64,000 nt of DNA, from the NCBI GenBank assembly GCA_051294375.1, contig CM119271.1:3806610-3870609 (forward strand), given 5' to 3'. Shown here one piece after another: positions 53,766 to 64,000 of the stretch (its first letter is position 1; each line of letters begins with the position of its first letter). The position numbers and the translations under genes were made by a program. The DNA comes from Paraspadella gotoi. Lineage: Eukaryota; Animalia; Chaetognatha. Under the pieces are notes generated by a model. It was not told the origin of the DNA, did no database searches, and was given only the letters and a program-made list of their open reading frames with translations.

Positions 53766-54981
53766 AGAAAATGGAACGAGCGTGCGACGTATTGTGATGG
53801 AAAGAAAAAGATGAAGAATTAATTTCAGTGAAAAAATGTGAACGTCGTACATAAACTTCTCAACGATCACGTGACAGAAATCACGAAATAAGTCGTGGAT
53901 CACGAGAAGGATCTTTGTTGAAACCGGGCGTGAATTAATTAATTCACTCGTGAAATGACCGAAGAACGGATGAAAAATATCGAAAACTAGAGAGAGAGAG
54001 AGAAAGCCACAGACGAGAGACAGAGACCGAGAGAGAGAGAGAGAGTGCAACCNNNNNNNNNNNNNNNNNNNNNNNNNNNNNNNNNNNNNNNNNNNNNNNN
54101 NNNNNNNNNNNNNNNNNNNNNNNNNNNNNNNNNNNNNNNNNNNNNNNNNNNNNNNNNNNNNNNNNNNNGGAAAAGAAACGAGGAGAGATGGAATCTGCTG
54201 GTCACAGATGGAATCATATGGACTATCGGGGGGAACTCGGTTTCGGTTTGATGGAGAAACTAGTATAGGGTAACTAGTGTATAGAGAACTAACTCTTTAG
54301 TCGTCTCTCTCTGCATGTCTGTCGTCTCGGCTCTCCTCGTCGTCTCCTCATCCAGGTGCCGTCCTTGGTACTGTAGCGTCTCTCTCTCGTCCTGGGGGGT
54401 TTCGTTCTCGTCTCTCGTGCTCTATCTTCCTGCTCTCGTGGAAGGAGGATGGAGAGACGAGATTCAGAGGGAGGAATCGGCGTCTCTTTTGCTTGCATAC
54501 GGGTGCGGGAAATCTACTCCAGCGAAATTCATACACTAAAAGTCGAGTTTGGAAGGTCGGAGATTTGAATTTATGTTTTCGAGTCGAGATTAGATTTTTC
54601 GTGTTTGTCGCTCGCGCGAAAAGACGCATGCAGTCATGCACGCAAGTTATGACTCGTGATCGCACGCAAAGTCACGTGGGTGCACGTCGTCTCGTGATCG
54701 CACGCAAGGCCTTGTATCCGGTATCTCTGAAAACTGAAATAGAAGTCAAGTGATGTTCCAATCAACATTTATTTGTGTATTTTTTTTCAGAAATTATGGT
54801 GTCCGAGAATTATATAAGCTTGATTTAATACATACATGTTTTACTGGAGAGGGGTTATTATTACGCATAGGATTAAAATGATCATAAAATATTTTTTTAG
54901 CTCTAAGAACAACAACTCAAAAAGTCAGGCCGACAATTTCTTCCACAATGTTGTTGATAACAAAATACTAAGGTCTTCTCC

Positions 54982-55023
<42 letters not shown>

Positions 55024-55566
55024 TGCATTATTTACTTTTCCAATGGCAAACATTCCTTCAGTTTCGACCAAGTTTCATCTGGCCGTAAAGCAAATGAAAA
55101 ATTAATTAAGCCAAATTGCGTGAATATGACCCAATAAAAAAAGGAGAGAGAGAACACGAAACAGTTTTTGTCTTTGCACAAAACGTCGGATCCTTGGAGA
55201 AGAAATAATCGATACACGTGATCCTGGAAATTCAATTTTCTTCACGCGTGAAAAAATGTGGCGGAAAAAAAAAAGAAAAGATTGGTTCGAGGTGAAATTG
55301 CATCTTCGTTCAGGAGGAATCTTTAAATAATTGAGTGAAGAGACATAAAAGGGAGAATATTGGATGTTATGCGAACGGGTGCGTTCGAATACTGTATTTG
55401 CGGTATTGGTTTTGCATATTGGAGACAGGTTTGCGCATTGCACACTGGGCAGGGGGCATATATTTCCTTACGCGTATCCAAAAATCGATGGAAATTGGAA
55501 CCTAAGATGGGCTTGGTCAATGGTCATGAAGTGACAGCTTTACTTCACGAACCACCGTGTCACAAC

Positions 55567-55584
55567 TAGGGAAATGATGTTTAT

Positions 55585-55623
<39 letters not shown>

Positions 55624-55638
55624 AACATCATTTCCCTA
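55567..55638. repeat. Perfect inverted repeat around a (TA)n core
   Basis: TAGGGAAATGATGTTTATGTATATA...TATATACATAAACATCATTTCCCTA. Confidence 0.9.
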
Positions 55639-55656
55639 TATATATATATATATTAA

Positions 55657-56187
55657 GGCGTAGTGAAAGTTAACATAGAATTTACTAAACGTCATTATTG
55701 AATCATACATAGCTATCAGTGAATTATTAGTAAAAAATTAATTTTATGCTTTTTAATTTTCGCAGTAGGCTATATTTATATATAGTACTAATCCTTATAA
55801 ATATTGAAGAAAATATAAATATTTTAAAATTATTTCATATAGTGGGTTAAAAATTAAAAAACTATAATTTAATATATATAAAGTTAATTTTCAGCTAAAA
55901 TAAGCTTTTTCTTAATTTTTGACCCACTTTATGAAAGGAATTTTTCAAAAAGAGTTATATTCTTTTATCAACTTTTTATGACGAATCCAAACTGCAAAAA
56001 AATCTTAGAAAAAACTGTTTTGAAATTTTAAACATTTATTGGTTTAGTACTAGTATAATATGGCCCACTGCGTAAATTGTAAAATTTATTATAATTTTTT
56101 ATTATATAAATGTTCATTAGTATAATGTTGTTCGTTCCTTATTTTTAGAATTTTAATAAAGTTAAATTTAGAAATTTTAACTACGCC
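55657..56187. mobile_element. Second copy of the TTAA-flanked MITE, opposite orientation
   Basis: TTAA-GGCGTAGT...ACTACGCC-TTAA in (TA)n. Confidence 0.78.
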
Positions 56188-56667
56188 TTAATATATATAT
56201 ATATATCACTGATCACTCTATTAGTATTTTCGCTCCCAAACTTCCAGAATCATCAAATCTAAATATCAAAAGCCGAGGATGAAACGAAGCTTTGGACCCT
56301 CAGTCTAGTGGACTGACTGTGGATTCCATTTTCAAATTTATAATAATGACAAACATTAAACCAACGGAAACAGAAAGAGTTTCTTTGCAAAAAAAAAAAT
56401 CATGAGAGACAGAATGAGAATAAAAAGTAACAGTGAGACTCAAATTACGTCATGATTCGTTATTCGTATGCTGAAGATCGATTTTTGGGGCAAATCCGAT
56501 ATCAAAATGATTCCAACACAAACCGTTCCTACAAATGTACCGTAATTGACATTTGAACACAATAATTTTCATTGTTTGTAAACAATTACCACAACAAAAG
56601 TTTAGAGAATCAGTGAAGAAGTAAACTTGCAAAAAAAAATGTTGATGTTCCCGATTTTTTTAAAAAT

Positions 56668-56939
56668 CAGAACGGTAATTCAAATTTGTTGCGCCGCAGT
56701 GACTGCCCTATCTCGTATATTTCTTGTGACATGACATGACATGACATGACATGACATGACATGACATGACGTGACGTGACATGACAAGACAATACGTAAC
56801 ATGACATGACTGAATAACTAGGATTTCCTGAAGGCGACGCTAGCAATCAGTTAGATTTGATGTTTTTTCCTGACTTAAAAAATGAACAACCAACTATGGG
56901 CAAACAATAAGCGTTTTTCACGTAAGTGGGACAGACCAA
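56668..56939 (+). mobile_element. Helentron/DINE-like non-autonomous element, truncated by a gap
   Basis: CAGAACGGTAATTCAAAT.TGTTGCGCCG start and (ACATG)n array; matches 57916 onward and, inverted, 58506-58920. Confidence 0.5.
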
Positions 56940-56964
56940 NNNNNNNNNNNNNNNNNNNNNNNNN

Positions 56965-57429
56965 ATGTAAAAAAAATAATAATTTTATGCTTTTTTAATT
57001 TTTCGCAGTAGGCTATATATTATATAGTACTATCCTATAAAATTGAAGAAAATATAATCATTTTTAAAATTCTTTCATTAAGTGGGTTAAAAATTAAAAA
57101 AACTATAATTTAATATATATAAGTTAATTTTCAGCTTAAAATATAGCTTTTTCTAATTTTTGACCCACTTATGAAGGAATTTTTTCAAAAGAGTTATATT
57201 TCTGTTTTATCAACTTTTTATGACGAATCCAAACTGCTAAAAATCTTAGAAAAAAACTGTTTTGAAATTTTAACATTTATTGGTTTAGTATAGTATAAAT
57301 ATGGCCTACTGCGTAAATTGTAAAATTTATTATAATTTTTTTATTATATAAATGTTCAATTAGTATAATGTTGTTCGTTCCTTATTTTTAGAATTTAATT
57401 AAAGTTAAATTTAAAAATTTTACTACGCC
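56965..57429. mobile_element. Gap-truncated third copy of the MITE, within a local duplication
   Basis: Matches about 55730-56187 and ends ACTACGCC-TTAA. Confidence 0.7.
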
Positions 57430-57915
57430 TTAATATATATATATATATCTACTGATCACTCTATTAGTATTTTCGCTCCCAACCTTCCCAGAATCATCAA
57501 ATCTAAATATCAAAAGCCGAGGATCGAAACGAAAGCTTTGGACCCTCAGTTCTAGTGGACTGACTGTGGATTCCATTTTCAATTTATAATAATGACAAAC
57601 ATTACAACCAACGGAAACAGAAAGAGTTTCTTTGCAAACCAAAAAAAATCAATGAGAGACCAGAATGAGAATAAAAAGTAAACAGGGAGACTCAAATTAC
57701 GTCATGATTCGTTATTCGTATGCTGAGATCGATTTTTTGGGCAAATCGATATCAAAATGATTCCAACACAAACCGTTCCTACAAATGTACCGTAATTGAC
57801 ATTTGAACACAATAATTTTCATTGTTTGTAAACAATTACCACAACAAAAGTTTAGAGAATCAGTGAAGAAGTAAATGCAAAAAAAAATTGTTGAGTTCCG
57901 GATTTTTTTTAAAAT

Positions 57916-58263
57916 CAGAACGTAAATTCAAATTTGTTGCGCCGCAGTGACTGCCCTATCTCGTATATTTCTGTGTGACATGACATGACAATGAATGACA
58001 TGTACATGACACTGAATGACGTGACGGTGACATGAAAGACAATACGTATACATGGAACTGATGACTGATTCTGAAGGGCCTAGAATCAGTAAATGATGTT
58101 TGCTAAGACAACCAACTCTGGCAACAAATAGCGTTTTTCACGTAAGTGGGACAGACCACGACAGAATACGACCGACAGTACCAGACAGAACGACAGACGA
58201 GACAGACGACTAACCAAAAAGTGACTTAATAGAGCCTCGCAACGTACTCACGGGACTAAAAAA
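57916..58263 (+). mobile_element. Helentron/DINE-like non-autonomous element
   Basis: Conserved core, (ACATG)n, (GACA/GACG)n microsatellite, then AAAGTGACTTAATAGAG, a degenerate GC hairpin and ACTAAAAA. Confidence 0.55.
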
Positions 58264-58505
58264 TTTGGTCGTGTTTCCCCAAGCCATTAGTCAATCGGTT
58301 GATGACTCGGTGAAGGCGAAAAAAGGCGATGACATAATGAGAGTTTGGGACAAAAATACCTCGAAAAGGGGGATAGGGGAGGGCGGGATAGGGGAGGGCG
58401 GGATAGGGAAGGGGGGATATGGGAAAAGCGACGGTGACAAAGACTTTAATGAGGATGAAGATGATAAAACTAACGACGCAAGTTATGATGTCGAGGATTG
58501 TTTGA

Positions 58506-58920
58506 CTTTTTTTTATGAGTTGTGCCGTGAGTACTCTCGGAGCAACTCTATTATGTCACTTTTCAGTCTGTCTGATGGTCAGTCCTTTGGTTAGTCGGTC
58601 CGTCGGCATGTTTGTCTGTCGATCTGTCCCACTTAAGTTAAAAATGCATGTAATTTGCCTATAGTTGGTTTCTCATTTGTTAAGACAGAAAAAAACCTCA
58701 AATGTAAGAGACTGCTAGAGTCACCTTCAGGAAATCCTAAAACAATAAGGAATAAAAGATGGAGTTTAAATGCAGTGCATGTCCTAAATATATGGGCTAA
58801 GAAAGTTAATAAGTTATTGTAGTCATATATTCATGTTATGTCACGTGATGTCATGTCACGAGAAATACACGTGATAAGGGAGTCACTTCGGCGCAACACA
58901 TTTGAATTACCGTTCTTGTT
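58506..58920 (-). mobile_element. Diverged inverted copy of the Helentron/DINE-like element
   Basis: Reverse complement reads CAAGAACGGTAATTCAAATGTGTTGCGCCGAAGTGACTCCCTTATC...AGGATTTCCTGAAGG...AAGTGGGACAGA...(GACA)n...AGTGACATAATAGAG. Confidence 0.55.
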
Positions 58921-58973
58921 TTTTTTACATTCTTTGTTCTCCTAGTCTTTTGACTTCATTTTCTATTTCTCTT

Positions 58974-59006
<33 letters not shown>

Positions 59007-59437
59007 TTCTCATCTTATTCTTTCCTCTCTTCCGCCCCTTCTTGCCAAAATACGAGCCGGTTTCCCAAAAATAGCAGCCGCCCTCAACCAACATAAGCTC
59101 GGGCCCAGTCTTCAACTTAATCCACGCGAAAAAAAAATGTGTTTTGAAACCTTCTGGAGTTTTAACATGGTTCGTCAATATTGATCGCTATAATAAAGGA
59201 ATAATTCAATAAAGGAATAAAAAAAATGTAGAAAGAAATGAAGAAATAAGCAGAAATAATACGAAAAAATGAATAAAATAATAATAATAATAATAAAACA
59301 AAAAAATCCGTCGGAAATAAAGGAACATAAGAGAAAAAACACCGTCTTCGTTCGACGATTGTCAGTCACATCAGAAATCTGAATGATAATAGAAAGAAAG
59401 AAAGGAAAAAAAAAATTGATGGCTGAAGACGACGGAG

Positions 59438-59696
59438 ATTTGGATTCGAATACGTTTCCTCATTACTAATTTAATTTGTCATATTTCTCGGGTATAATCC
59501 CATTTTTTAGGCTTTTTCCGCATGGCATCCAGGCAGATTCGCGCATTTTATGCGAGAGAATCAAGCTCAATATTGTCTTTCACATTTCGTCAATTCCATC
59601 AAGAAAAAGGAACAAATGAAAATGGCCCCACATATGATTATATATCTTTTCATTCCCCGCGCTTTTTTTATTCTTATTGACTTTTATGTTTGTTAA
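59438..59696 (+). pseudogene. 5'-truncated, frameshifted copy of the 3' end of the membrane-protein ORF
   Basis: Matches 49700-49933 (FGFEYVS...FILIDFYVC*) with an extra ~16 bp and several indels. Confidence 0.65.
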
Positions 59697-60134
59697 TCGG
59701 AAATGGTATTGAAGAAACTGTCATTAAAATTTATTTTTGTTTCACTTACTACTAAGCATTCACCGTGCTCGTGAGTAAAAATATTTTCTCACTCTTTTTA
59801 CGTAATATTCTTTAAAATTTTATTGATGATTTGTTGTCTTTTTTCAGATTTTGCTACAAAACTTTGTCTGCACTTTATTCTACTATTTAAAGCAGAAACA
59901 GTATATTTTAGAATTAATTGTTAGAGAGAACAATAGGTTTTGATTTTACAAACGATTTATTGTTAAGAGACAACATGTTTCGGCTTGTTGCTTTTCAAGC
60001 CTTCATCACTAACACTAAATAGCAACAAAAAAGAAAAGTATTACAAATCAAGAATCAATTTGTATAATTATTTACATAATCTAGTCTAGAGAGCGATTCA
60101 AAGATACTACCTTGCTTCTCTGCCTTGGACATTT

Positions 60135-60194
<60 letters not shown>

Positions 60195-60457
60195 ACCTAT
60201 TTTTATTCTTTGCAAATAGAAATAAGTATCGATTAATCGATTGTAGCATTGACTATTGTTGTGGAATTGTTGTTTTTTATTAACGAACCTTTTTACTGTA
60301 CCCAAAAGGTCATGCAGTCCGCAGAAAGCGTTCCCGGGCCGTATCCCTAGATCCATCATTCATTCATTCTCTCTCACTCTTTCTTTCTCTGCTCTTTTTC
60401 AACGTTTATAAATTTTTGCCCAATGCCCTAAATTCCATCTCATAGAATCCAACATAT

Positions 60458-60494
<37 letters not shown>

Positions 60495-61565
60495 TATCAT
60501 AATTATCATCATTATCACAGCAATATACAATTGTTTTTTTCATTGTCAAATGCATCACTGAGTTTCTTTTTCACTGTTATCACCTTCGACTCATGCAATT
60601 ACGATCGGCATTCCCTTTGTAGACACACGAAATGTAAACCATCAAGTTTAGTAACGAAAAGAGTAACTTTATTTCTCAATAAAAAAAAAAAAAAAAAAAA
60701 AGTCAAAAACCCGTTAATCAACTTAATGCGATCGTTCCGTCGAGATCGACACCGGGTCATTCCACGCGATGAAAATCGTCGCGCGATGAATAAAAAAAAA
60801 CGTGATCTGGAACGATGATGACGATGATGACGATGATGGCGACGATGACGACGATGACAAAGATGGCGACGATGACAAAGAGGGCGACGATGACGATGAT
60901 GGCGACGATGACGAAGATGACGATGATGACGATGACTAAGACATTGACGATGATGACGATGATGACGATGACGACGATGACGATACGACGATGACGAGGA
61001 TGATAATAGCGAGTCTGTCATTCGTTGCTAAGGCGGCGAGGGGGAGACTGGATGTCGTTGATTGGGGTACAGGGGTACAGGGTACAGGGGTACAGGGGTA
61101 CAGGGTACAGGGGTACAGGGCCTGAGGAGCCAAAGAAATGCATATAAGGCGAAGGGCGAACGCGAAGGAAAGAAGCCGACGATTTTCCGGTCCAAAGGCG
61201 AATGATGATCTTTCGAGGCGAAGAAAGAATTGACGAATGAACGACGATGACGTCGCGATGAATGAAAGATGAATGAAAGATGAATGAGGAATTCGCGAGG
61301 ATGAATGATTGCCGATGTGAGTTGGCGAATCGACGAGCGACCGAGTTTTGTAATAAATTTTTAATAATATTGTCGTAATAAAGTACGATGAAAGACCACT
61401 CAAAAAAATAAAATTTTAGAAGAATTTCATTTATTACAAAATACATTAAACAATTAGTATGAGGAACGAGTGAAACGTGAAGATCGGCCTTGCTGAACTT
61501 TTGATCGGAGAAAGTTACAATAAATTTTATTACGTAGTACAATATATACATAAATATTGGTATTG

Positions 61566-61669
61566 GTGATGGAGTCCTTAAACCACCAAAGCCTGTCCAA
61601 AGTCAGGGGCAAGATAGCTTATTTATTAAATGAATGGATAATTTTTATATTGGGTTGTACCAATTTCAT
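61566..61669 (+). mobile_element. Short terminal piece of the same dispersed element
   Basis: Reverse complement of about 19817-19915; absent at the paralogous site 51840-51860. Confidence 0.65.
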
Positions 61670-62659
61670 ATATTATCTGTGACAGTATAAGGACCATTTT
61701 TACACACTACAAGCTGCATTATTACTTGCTTTTCTTCCTTCCCGCATCCATTTTTCTCGCTATTTTTGCTTTATCGGCTTTTGCTTTTCTTCTTTCTCGC
61801 CATCCCCTTGCTTAATCAGCTTTGCTTCTCTTTATTCGAAACTTCTGACCCAAAACAACGACGCCGTTACGAATCTACGGACGTCATTTCGAATCGACAC
61901 CCGAAAAAAAAAAAAAAAACTGGCGTCGTCAGAAATCCATTCTCATCGTTCACAATTTCGATCGTTTCCCACAAAATCCGTTTTTCACGTCGAACGTTGA
62001 ACCGAGTGAGAAAAAAGTTTAATCGTCGAAAATTGAAAACGTCAGGCGAAACAAAGCGTTTTGAGTCGAGCGCCGACTAGCGGGAGAAACGCTACGCCAC
62101 CCCCTGGCGGGTAAAAGGCGCTGAAAAGTTTGACGCCGGGGAAAAACGATTGCCGCCATTTTTCACGCGACGTTGAACGCGGAAAGAATGAGAACGAGGG
62201 AGAAAAGATCAACCGACGTGAGAAGGAAACCGATGGCGACAAAGACGACGAAAAGAATGAATAAGAAAAAAGAGTAAGTTATAGTAAGTAACATAGTAAT
62301 AGAAACGAAAGTTAAAAACTACGAAGGAAAATGTAGAAAAGGAAAAACAGAACAGCAAATAACAAAAGAAACAGATGGTAAGACCTTGACGAAAATGACG
62401 CGAAAAAATCGCACAAAACAAACAACAACAACAATAACAACAACAACAACAGCATAACGACCAGGCAACAGAAGATGCGTTTTCTAATTTTCCAAAAATT
62501 TGTAAATTTGTCAGGTTTATTACGAAACTTATTTATGACTATACTTTAAAATATTTATATGAACTAAACTTAACTGCCAGTCACTTAACTGCCAGTAACT
62601 GAACTGCCATCAAAATAAAGATTGCTTCTCGTTTTTAAATTTAATTTCAAGAAAGAATA

Positions 62660-62761
<102 letters not shown>

Positions 62762-63037
62762 GCAATTGCGACGAACGTCAAGTTTCGATATAACGAATGT
62801 CAGAGTTTGCGAGGGCATAGATTTAGGATACCGTCCGACCGCCGCAGAAACCGGATCTGCCGCTGCGTTGCGCGTCGTAACCTTCTTTTCCTTTTTTTTC
62901 TTTCCTTCAAATCTGGAAATCAAATCGAAATTTTAATTTTTAATCTTTCGGTGGGGAAAAAGTCTCATTTTTCTTCGGCTGTGGGAGAGCAAGGGAGGAA
63001 ATGGAGGAAAGGAAAGAAGGAGAATGGGAGGGGAGAG

Positions 63038-63094
<57 letters not shown>

Positions 63095-63837
63095 GGAGAC
63101 AACGAACAGCGGATGGAACAACGAAGAAAAATATTTGCGTTGAAAGGAAAAAGGAGAAGGGAGGAAAGGGAGGAAGAACGGGCGACGACTCGGAGGCAAA
63201 TATTGGAATCGAAAGGAAAATGAAAATAAGAAAAGAAACTGAGATTGTGGAAAGTGGGGAATGGGAGAGAAAAGAGAGAGGAAAAAGAGAGGAAAAAGAG
63301 AGGAAAAAAGAGAGGAATCATTGAGGAAAAAATAGAAAAAACGAGAGGAGAAAGAGAAAGAAAGGAACAAGAGAGAGAAAAGAGAGAGGAAAGAGAGAAA
63401 AGAAAGAATAAAAAGAGAAAGAGAGAAGAGAAAGAGAAAGAAAAGAGGGAGAAAAAGAGAGGAAAGAAAGAAGAAAAATAGAAAAAAGAGAGGAAAAGAG
63501 AAGAAAGGAACAAGAAAGAAAAAGAGAAGAAAAAAGAGAAAAGAAAGAAGAAAATAGTAGAAAAAGAGAGGAAAGGGAAAGATAAAGAAAAAATAAAAGG
63601 CGAGGAGAAAAAAGTGAGAAAATGGAACGAGCGTGCGACGTATTGTGATGGAAAGAAAAAGATGAAGAATTAATTTCAGTGAAAAAATGTGAACGTCGTA
63701 CATAAACTTCTCAACGATCACGTGACAGAAATCACGAAATAAGTCGTGGATCACGAGAAGGATCTTTGTTGAAACCGGGCGTGAATTAATTAATTCACTC
63801 GTGAAATGACCGAAGAACGGATGAAAAATATCGAAAA

Positions 63838-63910
<73 letters not shown>

Positions 63911-64000
63911 GTTTCTCTTGGCCTAAATTCGTATCGGGAAACTGATGCCACGAAATCCGTATGGAAAAGAACGAGGAGAGATGGAATCTTGCTGGTCACA

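Noticed and set aside
58265-58594. 109-aa Gly-rich ORF (GIGEGGIGEGG)
   Set aside because: TTG start, derived from a G-rich repeat, and overlaps a non-coding mobile element.

Overview
Eukaryotic (metazoan-type) AT-rich draft-assembly DNA with many N gaps and microsatellites; most ORFs in the track are spurious translations of (CT)n, (TTTC)n and (GAC)n tracts. Bases 1-35.3 kb are about four copies of one ~8.6-9.8 kb block. Each carries a minus-strand, intronless, replication-dependent histone H1 gene (histone 3' stem-loop, AAACACA box, TATA) with frameshifts and no core histone genes. Three copies restart at the same base right after 25-N spacers and long stretches look identical, so the copy number is probably inflated by gap filling. 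The H1 gene is flanked by two homologous, outward-facing CCAAT/GATCC/TATA promoter modules that lead to no recognisable CDS; this is the most unusual observation. Bases 35-46.4 kb hold scattered short GT-AG exons of unidentified genes on both strands. Bases 46.5-50.3 kb encode a divergent XK-related (XKR scramblase family) membrane protein split by a ~1.4 kb intron or insertion. Bases 49.7-54.2 kb are duplicated at 59.4-64 kb. Mobile DNA includes TTAA-flanked (Kolobok-like) MITEs, Helentron/DINE-like elements, tRNA-like SINE fragments and an unidentified dispersed element whose copies share one end. All calls come from reading the sequence by eye; no searches were run.
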